A stretch of 63,824 bases of DNA, the filler included, from Octopus bimaculoides (Eukaryota): the NCBI RefSeq assembly GCF_001194135.2. It is 5 parts of 5 records of this genome, joined end to end, with 100 filler letters (N's around TTAATTAATTAA, not from the genome) between each part and the next. Parts side by side here need not be neighbours in the genome. Positions count along the whole stretch, not along the records: positions 46,638 to 55,874 come from NC_068995.1; positions 55,975 to 61,530 come from NC_068991.1; positions 61,631 to 63,824 come from NW_026418789.1; 2 more parts are not named here. The stretch is one strand, 5' to 3'. Under the pieces are notes generated by a model. The model was not told the DNA's origin. It was given only the letters and a program-made list of their open reading frames with translations, and did not search any database. How positions within the stretch are numbered: position 1 is the stretch's first letter; every line of letters begins with the position of its first letter. Positions 51,491 to 63,824 of the stretch are shown piece by piece. The position numbers and the translations under genes were made by a program.

Positions 51491-52319
51491 ATCATCATCA
51501 GCAGCAGCAGCAGCTGCACCACCACCACCATCATTATCATCGTCATCATTATTGTTATTGGTATACGGCGGTGAATTTGCACAGTCCTCAGTGTCTGGAA
51601 GATATGTTCGTTATATTCCATTTGGTCATCTAGGTACTGCGTTCAATTTTGTCAGCTGTCATCATTCCCTTCCTTCCCACTCGGGGTCGATAACATAGTG
51701 AACCTGTCATGTAACGGGCTTAATAAAATAAGGTACCCGTCGAAGTGTGGAGTAGATAGATGGTATTGAGTCTGCTTTTCTTCTCAAAATCTCGAACCTT
51801 GCACCCAAAATTTAGATCACATTTAATATATGGCAGCGAGCTGACAGTTTCGTTCGAGCGTAGTACACAATGTAATGCGGTATTCCTTTCTTTTCGAGTT
51901 CAAATCGTTGTCCAGGTCTCAAAACGCTTGTCCTGCCTAGCTTTAAATATTTTGTTATATATAATTTGGAATCAGATTTTTCATTAAAATACATTTTAGT
52001 CTCGACGCTTGTACTTTCTCAAGTTTTAATACTTCAACCGTTTTCTAAATCCTTTTTTGGATAAATCTTCAGTGAGATGTAGTGTTTAATGAAATGAAGC
52101 AGTTGCTTAGCTGTTATTTTTCTCAAGCAACAAGTGACGGCTTTCCTCAGAATATTGGTAGCCTGGATGAAGCTTTCGGAATTACGGAGATGTACATGCA
52201 TAGCAAGTGACCTGATCTGAGATCGTGTGCTGAAACAAAAACAATTCCAGCGTGGAAGGTGTTTATAAGTCATTTAAAGACAAAAATGCCGTTAGATTCA
52301 CTTCAACATCTTAATTTAA

Positions 52320-52370
52320 TTTGCCAAAATACTTTCGTCGCTTTGAGACCGCGACCTGATCACTGACAAA
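52320..52370 (-). ncRNA. Hammerhead-like motif with G3:C8 core
   Basis: Minus strand: TTTGTCA-GTGATCA-G-GTCGC(ggtctcaaa)GCGAC-GAA-AGTATT-T-TGGCAAA. Confidence 0.6.
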
Positions 52371-53394
52371 ATTCCGTGCTGGCTGGATCTTTATATATNN
52401 NNNNNNNNNNNNNNNNNNNNNNNNNNNNNNNNNNNNNNNNNNNNNNNNNNNNNNNNNNNNNNNNNNNNNNNNNNNNNNNNNNNNNNNNNNNNNNNNNNNN
52501 NNNNNNNNNNNNNNNNNNNNNNNNNNNNNNNNNNNNNNNNNNNNNNNNNNNNNNNNNNNNNNNNNNNNNNNNNNNNNNNNNNNNNNNNNNNNNNNNNNNN
52601 NNNNNNNNNNNNNNNNNNNNNNNNNNNNNNNNNNNNNNNNNNNNNNNNNNNNNNNNNNNNNNNNNNNNNNNNNNNNNNNNNNNNNNNNNNNNNNNNNNNN
52701 NNNNNNNNNNNNNNNNNNNNNNNNNNNNNNNNNNNNNNNNNNNNNNNNNNNNNNNNNNNNNNNNNNNNNNNNNNNNNNNNNNNNNNNNNNNNNNNNNNNN
52801 NNNNNNNNNNNNNNNNNNNNNNNNNNNNNNNNNNNNNNNNNNNNNNNNNNNNNNNNNNNNNNNNNNNNNNNNNNNNNNNNNNNNNNNNNNNNNNNNNNNN
52901 NNNNNNNNNNNNNNNNNCTGAAAAGAATTTAGAAAACGTTGGAAGCACTAAACCTAAAAAAAACACAAGTGCCGAGAGTAAAATTTTTGTTATGTTTTTC
53001 TTTTAATTCTTTTATAATACTGAGTGTTTATATTACATTCATGCGATGATGATGATGGCTATTAACATATATTATTAGACAGGAGTGTGGTGCGTGGTGG
53101 ATTGTGAGTAGAAATTAGAACAAAAACTGTAACATGAAAGAAGAAAATGAAAGAATGAAGTATGGAATGTTGTATGGGACTGTCTGGGAATGGAAAGTAC
53201 TAATATGGGGGGGGGGGGTATTGAAGAAAGGAATTCAAAGAAGGGACTACTGAAGTCGCAGGCAGAAATATATGATGGAAAGTAAGAATAAGTGTCGGAG
53301 GTGGAGAAGGATATTTTTAAAAGTTATTCATAAGAAATTTGTGGTAAAAATATTAAGCAAAGCCTGTTTGTACTGTATAAATAAACATTTTGTT

Positions 53395-53790
53395 TTTACT
53401 CTAAGCACAAAGCCCGAAATATTTTGGGAGGGGGCCAGTCGATTAGATAGACACCGGCACCACGCAACTAGTACTTAATTTATCGACCCCGAAAAGGTAA
53501 CAGGCAAAGTCGACCATGGCGGAGTTTGAACCCAGAACGTAAAGACAGACGAAATACCTATTTCTGTATCGCCCACAAGAGGTTAAACATAGAGTGGACA
53601 AACAAGGACAGACAAACGGATGAAGTCGATTACATCGACTCCAGTGCGTAACTGGTACTTAATTCATCGACCCCGAAAGGATGAAAGGCAAAGTCGACCT
53701 CGGCGGAATTTGAACTCAGAACGTAACGGCAGACGAAATACCAATTTCGTTATTGCCCATAGGGGGCCAAACATAGAATGGTACAAAACA
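53395..53790 (-). mobile_element. Two head-to-tail SINE C-derived units (187-bp period)
   Basis: GTCGAT..GACGAAATACC plus linker repeated at 53438 and 53625. Confidence 0.75.
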
Positions 53791-53954
53791 ACTGATTGGG
53801 ATCAGTAATGCGAATGGTTTACATAAATATGACTTTTAAAATTTTATAAAATATAAAAAAATCGAATGATATTAACAGTACGTTAGACAACACAAATGAA
53901 GCGATGATCAGACCACGCTCCGACCCCACAAGCCCCGATCTATCGCTGGCACCT

Positions 53955-55874
53955 TTTCTTTTTTCTTTTTTTTTTTCTGACTATTCACACGGTTCCTTGC
54001 ACGCTCAACACTCGTGCAACATGCTTCCATCTCTTTTGGAACGTACACTCCGACAAACATCTCCTCTCCAGCCACACTTTCCTTTTCAAATGAAAAGTAA
54101 AAAATGAACGTAAATTGTGGCCAGNNNNNNNNNNNNNNNNNNNNNNNNNNNNNNNNNNNNNNNNNNNNNNNNNNNNNNNNNNNNNNNNNNNNNNNNNNNN
54201 NNNNNNNNNNNNNNNNNNNNNNNNNNNNNNNNNNNNNNNNNNNNNNNNNNNNNNNNNNNNNNNNNNNNNNNNNNNNNNNNNNNNNNNNNNNNNNNNNNNN
54301 NNNNNNNNNNNNNNNNNNNNNNNNNNNNNNNNNNNNNNNNNNNNNNNNNNNNNNNNNNNNNNNNNNNNNNNNNNNNNNNNNNNNNNNNNNNNNNNNNNNN
54401 NNNNNNNNNNNNNNNNNNNNNNNNNNNNNNNNNNNNNNNNNNNNNNNNNNNNNNNNNNNNNNNNNNNNNNNNNNNNNNNNNNNNNNNNNNNNNNNNNNNN
54501 NNNNNNNNNNNNNNNNNNNNNNNNNNNNNNNNNNNNNNNNNNNNNNNNNNNNNNNNNNNNNNNNNNNNNNNNNNNNNNNNNNNNNNNNNNNNNNNNNNNN
54601 NNNNNNNNNNNNNNNNNNNNNNNNNNNNNNNNNNNNNNNNNNNNNNNNNNNNNNNNNNNNNNNNNNNNNNNNNNNNNNNNNNNNNNNNNNNNNNNNNNNN
54701 NNNNNNNNNNNNNNNNNNNNNNNNNNNNNNNNNNNNNNNNNNNNNNNNNNNNNNNNNNNNNNNNNNNNNNNNNNNNNNNNNNNNNNNNNNNNNNNNNNNN
54801 NNNNNNNNNNNNNNNNNNNNNNNNNNNNNNNNNNNNNNNNNNNNNNNNNNNNNNNNNNNNNNNNNNNNNNNNNNNNNNNNNNNNNNNNNNNNNNNNNNNN
54901 NNNNNNNNNNNNNNNNNNNNNNNNNNNNNNNNNNNNNNNNNNNNNNNNNNNNNNNNNNNNNNNNNNAAATCGGGGAACATTTGTCTGGCCAGAGGAGACC
55001 ACACCCGTTCACTATCCAGTAGAATCCAGACGTACCTCAATCTCAACGCATGCCTGCGCATCATTAACCAAGGCATCCCTAAACATCCCTTTAAAGGCTT
55101 TTGACAGCAGACAGCGCGTTTCACAAGTGGCGACCTGCACTTCCACAAAAAGCGAAAGAGCTGTCTCTCCAGCCTGATCAACCACGAATCCGGACAAGGC
55201 ACGACGGTTAGGCGGTAAGTAATGACCGATGCGATAAACACATTGGCCACCTCCGCCCTCCCTTTCAGCGATAGCCACCGCCAAGACCAGGTCTTGACTA
55301 CTGCAGCCACCCTGCTCAATACCTCCGTCCAGTTCTTCTCTATCTGGAGGCTTGGACCAAACCAAACTCCCAGCAACTTAACCGGTCCCTCCGTCCAGCT
55401 ACTGAGGTTACGCTGATAGTGATATCATCTGCGTAAGCCGTAACAAACTCCTCTAGACCTGGTTCTCTCGGAATGCCACTCAACCTCCGCAGTAGTGGCT
55501 CGAGAGCCACCACATACAAAAGCGGTGAGAGCGGACATCCTTGACGAACCGAGCGTCTGATACAGAACGGCTTCGAAAGGAAACCGTTCACCCGAACTAT
55601 CGAGTCAATGGTGTGGTACAAAGCAATAAACGACATGAGGAAGCCAATGCCCAAGCCGAACCGCGCAAGCACAGTCGCCAGGTATCGATGCTCAACCCTA
55701 TCAAAAGCTTTAGACTAGTCCAAATGTACCAGTGCCCCACCTTTGCCAGATTTATTATCAACCCTCTCTATGGTATAGCGAATAAGATGGAGGGTATCCT
55801 GAATGGTTCTGCCTGGGATGGCACATGTCTGTGCCTCCCCGACTATACCATCCGCGACACGCGCCAACCTTTTC
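53955..55874 (-). mobile_element. L1/Tx1-clade LINE ORF2 (RT to 3' end with A-rich tail), gap inside
   Basis: RSVRQGCPLSPLLYVVALEPLL, TAYADDI, LSLKGRAEVANVFIASVITYRL, FQKRWKHVARV, poly-A-like tail. Confidence 0.9.
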
Positions 55875-56151
55875 NNNNNNNNNNNNNNNNNNNNNNNNNN
55901 NNNNNNNNNNNNNNNNNNTTAATTAATTAANNNNNNNNNNNNNNNNNNNNNNNNNNNNNNNNNNNNNNNNNNNNGACTACATCGACCCTTTTCTCAATTA
56001 GTACTTATTTTATCGACCCCAAAAGAACGAAACACAAAGCTGACTTCGGTGCTATTTGAACACAGAAGTCAATCCGGAAGAAGGATTTTGGGCGGCGCGG
56101 GAATTATTATGTTAGCTTGCCACCTTAATGATGGTGAACTGATGATGAGGG

Positions 56152-56219
<68 letters not shown>

Positions 56220-56289
56220 ACGATGATGATGACATGATATAAGCAAGGTTTAGCGATATTAGACTCTTGATTGTTGACAGCTCTCTCAG

Positions 56290-56890
56290 ACAGTACTGAG
56301 TTGTGTCAGACACCACAAGATGTAGACAGATCGCGCCTGCATAAACCTCCAGATTGTAATGATTCTGGTAGACCATCCGGAGAACCTGGAGATACACTTC
56401 ATTGTGGGAGTGGAAAAGAGATCGCTCAGGCTGACTATTACAGAATAGACGCCTCCGAAGCTACACGTAGTAGCAAGGCCACATGGGTGGGAGGGTGTCA
56501 TCTTCCGACATCTTTCAAGTGGAAAACCTTTAAGTAGTCTTTGCTGTCACACGTGTAACAGCTAGGCATCTGTCCAACTCAGCTGGTCTCATGGTTTTTT
56601 TTCTTTTTGCAAATGTAACAAGATAACTTCAGAATGACTCTGTTTTCGGTGGAGTCATTAGGACTAACTCCATCCAGCCACATATCGTTCCTTGTTACCT
56701 CGGTGCTTATCGCGTTCCCGTACACAAGTGTCGCAAAAGTACCAAGCTTAGGGTCTGCGCCTTCACCCTTATCTTTTACTGTAACCTTTGTGCTACGCCA
56801 CCTATTGATAGATGTTTTACATAGCCAGACAGGTGTGTAAAACACTAGCGTGAGCTGCTCTTCTAGCATAGTCCGCTTATCAATATATTT
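56290..56890 (-). mobile_element. Probable degenerate L1/Tx1 ORF1 (gag-like, zinc knuckle)
   Basis: RSTKVTV...VGQMPSCYTCDSKDYLK resembles a CCHC knuckle; same strand and upstream of the ORF2 fragment. Confidence 0.45.
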
Positions 56891-57757
56891 TATATTGAAC
56901 AAGATATTAATTTTACTCACACAAGGAAAAAAATGTAAGCTACTCTAAACATTTTTAGTGGTTAGACAGATTGGAAGTGTTTTTATCATTTGGGCCAAGG
57001 GGAATAAAAAAATGGGACTTGAGAGTTAATTTGTTTTTTAGATATTACCGGTTGTAATAAAGATATCGCAACTCGTTTAAGGTTTCAGAATTCGTATCTG
57101 CTATGTCTGACACGACATACAATGAAGAGTTAAAACATTTTTAATCTGAATAGACCCAACTGAGATTTGTGGGGTAAACGAGCCAGTTTACCTGATTTCT
57201 TTAACAGACAGGTAAACACATTTTTATCATCCTCCATGTTTTCTCAGTCATCTATTCGTGTAAACTTTATTGCAACTGCGTATAAAACCCTCTTTGTCTG
57301 ATGTGCAATTTTATTTATGGATATGAAATACTTCACTTTTGATTCAAGAAAAATTGATCCAAGCAAAACCACTAACAGTATGATATTTTTGCGCTATTTT
57401 TCATACTGAATTTTATTGATCGGTAATAAAGAAAAAAATGTATTGTATCATTACAAATGAGGAAGCGAACCCAATTTAATCCGGGAGTCTTAATATGTTG
57501 AGCCTTGTACTACCTAAAGACGTGTAGGGGGGTAAAATGATGCCATGTGAATGATACAATAAGTATTATATGAAAGGCAGGGAAAAGTTAGAAGGCTTTT
57601 GAGAATCATGATTTTAAATAACGATGTTCGACATAATTTTGACGGTTACATCTCTCCGTAGTCTTAAGCGCTACCGGCTCCGGTCTTATGTAACTGCCGA
57701 ACTTCTCTCTTGAAGACCCTGCACATACACACACAATAGGAAGTGTTTATACTTTAC

Positions 57758-57988
57758 CTGAATAAAAATGCCTTCAAGTCCCCGTAATACTGCAAACACA
57801 ACATAATTTGGAGAAAATGACGATCCGACACTGACGATTAAAGTAAGAATGCCACTCAGCACCAAAATAGGTTTACGTCCTCTTGTATCGGAAAAGTAAG
57901 GCATGCTCAAGGAACCAACCACGCCTCCAACGGCATACAGCGTTTGGGTGAGTTCAGCCAGACCAGCTTTGCCACAGACGAGATCCCA
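57758..57988 (-). CDS. Internal exon of an SLC22/organic cation transporter-like MFS gene (77 codons, phase 0/0)
   Basis: tttcag|WDLVCGKAGLAELTQTLYAVGGVVGSLSMPYFSDTRGRKPILVLSGILTLIVSVGSSFSPNYVVFAVLRGLEGIFIQ|gtaaag; WDLVC and the SDxxGRKP loop are SLC22/MFS signatures. Confidence 0.93.
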
Positions 57989-58615
57989 CTGAAATGGAAG
58001 TGGATCGTAAAAAGAACACAAATTGAGAGAATAGAAGGGATTTGATTTGGGAAGGTGTTTAAATCTGTTTTTCCTAATTCCCCTTAAAAACAGGCTCATC
58101 CAAGGGTTTTCTTTCAACTTTTATGTCCTGTTTCTCCAACTATGTACGATTCCTTAAGAAAGAACCAAAGATTGGCATTATTTACTTAGCAATACGAAAC
58201 ATTGCAATTAAAATCTCTATTAAAGAAAAGAATCACAATTGTAAATTATTCAGAAGTTCCATCCATATAAAAACAACAGATTTTTTTTTGTTCTATTTTG
58301 TTTCCTTGCTGAGTCTGAATAAAGGGGCAAAGTTCATAAGTTTGTAGGCCCTCCCGACTACGGGAGTGAAAAGATTAATATCATCAATATTCTGTTGTGT
58401 GTCAATACCTGCAGAAAAGACCTAAGCGGGAAAAAGATTCTAGTGGGACGATGTTCTGGTGATGAAGAATTAGACATAATGGCAAGTCTTTGGGATGTAG
58501 TTAAGCTATAATTAATATGAGGAGCAGTAAAGAAGTTAATCTGATATAATTATGTAGTAAGGAAAAGATATCGGCTCAACGGCTAATAATTTAACCATCT
58601 CGACAACTATAGGAG

Positions 58616-58663
58616 ACACTTCAGACCGTGTTTTGCCTTATTATGACCTCATCAGCGAAGCAT
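58616..58663 (-). ncRNA. Hammerhead-like motif, G12 changed to A
   Basis: Minus strand: ATGCTTCG-CTGATGA-G-GTC(ataataa)GGC-AAA-ACACGGT-C-TGAAGTGT. Confidence 0.55.
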
Positions 58664-59436
58664 AGACAGCATTTTACTTGTCCGAGATAAATGAGGAGGG
58701 TATCACTATGCAAGATTACAATATTGTAACCAAAGTGATTGATTTTTTAAAAATCTGCTAATTTTTTTAATAGCTACACTTGTATGGGAATCATAAAGTT
58801 AATATATTTAATGTTGTGAATATTTAAAATATTCAGAAATATGTATGTGGTGAGGAAAACCAATTCTTGGCTTAAGAGAAACACATGTCCGTCAGATAAT
58901 GAGGGAAGGTTTACAGTCGGTCGAGGTACTAGAAATAGCAGCCATATCTTTGCCAAATGTTTTTAGCATTTCTTTGAAAAGAATATATTGGAAATTGTAG
59001 GCCAACATTCAATTCTCTTTTTTGTCACCGCAACATTTTCTATGCCAGCCGCAAATAACTTAAATATTTCTTTGTTATGCAGATAACGTCAAAGGGTAAT
59101 TTATTCTTTCTGTAGACTTTGAACTTAACACGTCAACAGGTGTGTCAAAATATTTTAATGCATTTATCAGGATGAACGGATTCCAGAACATGCCTGGTAT
59201 TTATTTTAATATTTACTCAGGAAAAAAGGAATGCAGTTAACCTTGGTGGGACGTGAAATTGGAACAAGGAGTCGGAACATAAAGAGACATCTCAAAACAC
59301 CATGAAATATTTTGTCTTACTTTTTTTACCGATTCAGTCACCCAACTCGGTTGATGTGAAAAATCAATTACATACATACATACATACATATATACATACA
59401 TACATGCATGCACACATCCATCCATCCATATAAACA

Positions 59437-59470
<34 letters not shown>

Positions 59471-59555
59471 CATACATACATACATACATACATACATACA
59501 TACATACATACATACATGCATGCATACATACATACATACATANNNNNNNNNNCAT

Positions 59556-59636
<81 letters not shown>

Positions 59637-59809
59637 AATATACACACACATTACATACATAAAATTAATCAAAGAACATACTAAGTATGTCTACCTGCTG
59701 GAAGGAAATAACAGTCAAAACTCTTCTTTAAATCACCAAAATACACTGATAATAACTACAGAAATCAACCATCCGAAGGCAAACGGGTTGGGGCTCTCCA
59801 TCATGGTAA

Positions 59810-59862
59810 CGCGTGCTGAAGAAGGTGAGGCTATTATGCCAGCCCAGAAACCAGTCTACGTG
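59810..59862 (+). ncRNA. Hammerhead-like motif with degraded stem II
   Basis: CGCGTG-CTGAAGA-..GGC(tattat)GCC..-GAA-ACCAGT-C-TACGTG. Confidence 0.5.
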
Positions 59863-59921
59863 AGTCGAAATACTTGAATGTATGTTAAGAGATTGTCTTA
59901 ACCCATTTAATAATAGCATGC

Positions 59922-60040
<119 letters not shown>

Positions 60041-60295
60041 AGAAAATGCCCATTGAGTGATTGATCAACTCATTTACTCAGCTGCTTAGGTTGTTATGTT
60101 GCAACTCAGAAATGCGGTATTAAAATTAGAGATAGACGAAAGAAAAAAAAACGTGCAATGCACACAAACAGCTTGCATGGATGGAAAGAATAAAGCGGCA
60201 AATGATCCAACTAAGAGCAGATATATCTTTTCTACTTGAAGCAAGCAAAGGGGGAAAACTAATAAACCCAACAAACTAATTAGGATAATTGCTAA

Positions 60296-60770
60296 ACATG
60301 CAGAATTTGTGGAAAATTAACAGAGACATTTGATCATGTTGTGTCTGGCTGCCCAGTCCTTGCTGAAAAGGAGTACCTCATAAGACATGACAGTCTAGGG
60401 CAGTACATCCACTGGGTTGCTTGTAAATACTACAAAATTAAATTCCATAATAAATGGTACAGTCACCTTTCAGAGGATGCAGTAAATGGCGAGGGCGTCA
60501 CCATCCTTTGGAACTTCCCAATACAAACAGACAGAAAAATTGACTCTAATCGACCAGACATTGTGATCAAGGACTACAACAGAGAAACGTGTCTGTTAAT
60601 AGATATGTCTGTCCCACAAGACCAAAATGTCTCAAGAAAGGAATACGAAAAGCTTTCTCACTATAAAGAACTGCAAATTGAAATCACAAAAATCTGGAAG
60701 CTTAGTACTACGATAATACCAGTAGTAATTGGTGGGTTGGGAATGATAAAAAAAGGGAGCTAAGAGGTAT
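60296..60770 (+). mobile_element. Dong/R4-type LINE: zinc-knuckle end + restriction-like endonuclease domain
   Basis: ETFDHVVSGCPVL..RHD..TDRKIDSNRPDIV..LIDMSVP.DQNVSRKEYEKLSHYKEL..IPVVIGGLG. Confidence 0.9.
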
Positions 60771-60959
60771 ATTAAGGAACTCTCTGATAACTCCAATCTC
60801 TGTGAAAACACTCTTCATCTAAAATGGAATAAATGTAGTGATAATTTTAGCATGCATAGCAAAACAAAAGTGCCCTTGCTACTCTTGGCCTCCGGTGGAT
60901 GCGTGGTATTAAGGCAACTGAAATAAAGTTATAATGAAAAGAAACCATAAATAATAATG

Positions 60960-61019
<60 letters not shown>

Positions 61020-61027
61020 GGTCGATG

Positions 61028-61273
61028 AAATAGGTGGTAGTAGTACCAATAATTGTCGGAGCCCTGGGAACAGTGAGTAAAAATCTCGAGAAGTACGTGG
61101 AACAAATAGGGGCTGCAATAAGGGTGGAACACTTGCAGAAAGCAGCACTGCTTCGAACCGCTCGAATACTCCGGAGGATGCTCGAAAATTAAGAGGTGTT
61201 ACCTTAGTTCACTGGTAGTGAACAGCTGACACCGTAGTACACCTCCAGCATTAGAAGCTGTGCAAAGGCAATG

Positions 61274-61320
<47 letters not shown>
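61028..61320 (+). mobile_element. Dong/R4-type LINE extreme 3' end with UTR and (TAA)n tail
   Basis: VVPIIVGALGTVSKNLEKYVEQIG..LQKAALLRTARILRRMLEN*. Confidence 0.85.
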
Positions 61321-61321
<1 letters not shown>

Positions 61322-61530
61322 GAGATGTAAGAATTTCATGTGGCATTTTCCAGGGTGACTCACTATCACCACTCCTCTTCTGTCTAGCCCTAATACCGCT
61401 CTCAAAATTGCTCAATGATGCACAGTATGGTTATAAAATATTTGATAAAAATATAAATCATCTCATTTACATGGATGATTTAAAGCTCTTTGCAAAAAAT
61501 GACCAACAACTCAAAGGCCTACTAGCGATT
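61321..61530 (+). mobile_element. Dong/R4-type LINE RT core fragment
   Basis: GIFQGDSLSPLLFCLALIPLS..INHLIYMDDLKLFAKNDQQL. Confidence 0.92.
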
Positions 61531-61805
61531 NNNNNNNNNNNNNNNNNNNNNNNNNNNNNNNNNNNNNNNNNNNNTTAATTAATTAANNNNNNNNNNNNNN
61601 NNNNNNNNNNNNNNNNNNNNNNNNNNNNNNGAGGTATACGTTTTCCCTTATATAAACAAATAAGTAAATATCTATCGCCAGATACACACATAAACATTTA
61701 TAGACACACACGTAATATATATATATATATTAAATTCAAATTACGGCAAACGTAAATAAACAGTCGGAGTTTGCTTTTAGAAGCGTTGAGATGTCTTTTA
61801 GAAAG

Positions 61806-62037
61806 TTAAAGAAGTGGTTTTAAATTCTCAATCGCAGAATAATGCTAATAATATAACCTGAACAGGATAAACTACCCCTATTTTGCAGAGAAAAGTGTAG
61901 GTGGCTAGATGTGCACAAATAAATATAAACACAGCTAGCCACCTACACTTTTCTCTGCAAAATACGGGTAGTTTATCCTGTGCAGGCTATATTATTAGCA
62001 TTATTCTGCGATTGATAATTTAAAATCACTTCTTTAA
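61806..62037. mobile_element. Young fold-back MITE, ~106-bp arms with about 6 mismatches
   Basis: Arms compared base by base by eye. Confidence 0.92.
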
Positions 62038-62989
62038 TATATATACATATATACATATATCCCCACACATATACATACATACACACACATATATACTCAC
62101 CTATGCATATGTATATACATATACATATATATATATGTATATACATATACATATATATATATATATGTATATTTATATATATACATATATAAATCTATAT
62201 GTATATATATACATATATACAGGTATATGTATAGAGACCGAGATGTATCATGAACAAGTCCCTACGTTTATATTCACATCATTAGAATGGGGAAATATTA
62301 ATTAAATTCTATTTATAATTTAAATTGTAAGAGCTGTTAATCTACTTTACAATAGTTCAAGACATCTATTTTGATGTATCAAAAGAACAGTCTATTAATT
62401 ATAGCTATAATTTAAAAAAATCTACAGCTAATAAATACGTATTTCTTCTTACGTAGGTAAGAATTATTTATTCATCCCTCTGGAAATGTCGCCATTAAAA
62501 TAAATAATGTCCCATTCAAACAAAGAACGTACCTCTTATTACTTATATTGTAACTAGATGCAGTCACCAAGATTTCCCATTCGAGATTAAAATTTATTTT
62601 CCTCATCTTTCAGTTCCTCAATGAATTTACTTAGACCCGTTGAATTACGCCTTTTCCTAATCCGAAATGTATTTAAATGTGTTGAAAGAGGCTTCTTCAT
62701 TTCGTTTTTAGTTGATCCAAATAAATATATTATTTTATTAATTTCTATGGTAACTACATTGATATACTACATTTTTCAATTTACATCAATTTTTAAACAT
62801 ACCGCTATCTAATTTGTTTTACAATAACATGCTTTATAAGAATAGACATTTATTTTGGTTAAGGAAGTGGGTCTAGATGCAACTGGTTTTTGATCGTTCT
62901 TAATATTATGTTTTTTAATGAAATAGCTGTTAGTATTACTACTAATATTTTCTACATAGTCCCTGACATGAAGGGAGTTATTAGTAACA

Positions 62990-63500
62990 CATTCTCTATT
63001 TAATTATTTATAGAAGCTATATTAGTAGCTAAGTTATGAGTTAAACTATACACTATCTTTAATTTTTCTTTGTTAATAATTTCATAATATTTATTATTAA
63101 TATTGAAATGCTTATTCGTTAGCCAATATATGCCTTTCACCACATTAGTTTTTACCTGATTGGTATATGGGATTATAAACCACACTATCTTATTAGTATC
63201 TACTTTATTACTGTTAAAACTACTATAATTATTTTTATTCGTTATGTATTATTTTAAATTTTATTCGGATTCTTTATATATCTATGATTTTTATTATTAT
63301 CATTAGTTTTTACATTATTATTCCTATTTATCAAATTTATTTATTTTATTTATAATATTATTATCTTTAATATATTTTAACTTATTCTTATATCCTGCTT
63401 TACTTACCTCCAAATCACATTGGTCTTTATGTCTATTAAATATAATTCATTATAAGATAAATCCGAAATTATCCCACTACTATTATGTACTAATGCTTTT
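62990..63500 (-). mobile_element. Highly degenerate PLE fragment
   Basis: KHFNINNKYYEIINKEKLKIVYS..N corresponds to the KHF..IFNR..VKxSYSC region of the 4117-6090 element. Confidence 0.55.
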
Positions 63501-63824
63501 TTCATATAAGGTAGCTGATTACTTTGATAATTTATTTATTTTATTTTAAAATTAGGTTTCATATATGGTTCCTATATTCCAGATAATAAATTATAGTTCA
63601 TATCTTAGTAATTAATTGAATAGTATACGTTTTCTATAGTTATAGACCGAATCTTTTAAAAAGTTTAAATAGTCGTTTTATTTTGAGTTCTAGGCGTCTA
63701 TTAGATGTATTCGTAACTACAAATAGAGCATTGTCTCTATAAAGATTCGCATTAGCTTTGGAAATTCGTCTTTTATATTTTCCAATAAATACACATATAC
63801 TAAGTCAGTTATATATATATATAT

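Noticed and set aside
56700-56800. VTVKDKG..P resemblance to a cadherin repeat
   Set aside because: No DxNDN or other cadherin motifs; better explained as a decayed L1/Tx1 ORF1.

Overview
AT-rich animal genomic DNA, about 15-20% N-gaps, dense in microsatellites, tRNA-derived SINEs, LINE and Penelope remnants, and fold-back MITEs. The repeat repertoire looks like an Octopus draft assembly (inference from recalled repeat families, not verified). Only one protein-coding exon is confidently recognisable: a 231-bp minus-strand exon of an SLC22/organic-cation-transporter-like MFS gene (57758-57988). There is also a decayed U6 snRNA copy abutting a SINE (12960-13069). Transposon remnants include Penelope-like elements (PLEs), RTE, Dong/R4-type and L1/Tx1-type LINEs, Tigger/pogo, mariner, Tc1, and hAT and piggyBac MITEs. 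The most interesting signal is about ten minimal type-I hammerhead-ribozyme-like motifs from several unrelated repeat families. Two independent motifs carry a compensatory G3:C8 swap of the catalytic core (34749-34796 and 52320-52370), and two have a CCGACGA core. Also notable is a PLE whose GIY-YIG nuclease motif is split by a ~184-codon Asn/Ser/Thr-rich insert that is still nearly open. All structures were folded and translated by eye; no database searches were run, and most element boundaries are approximate.
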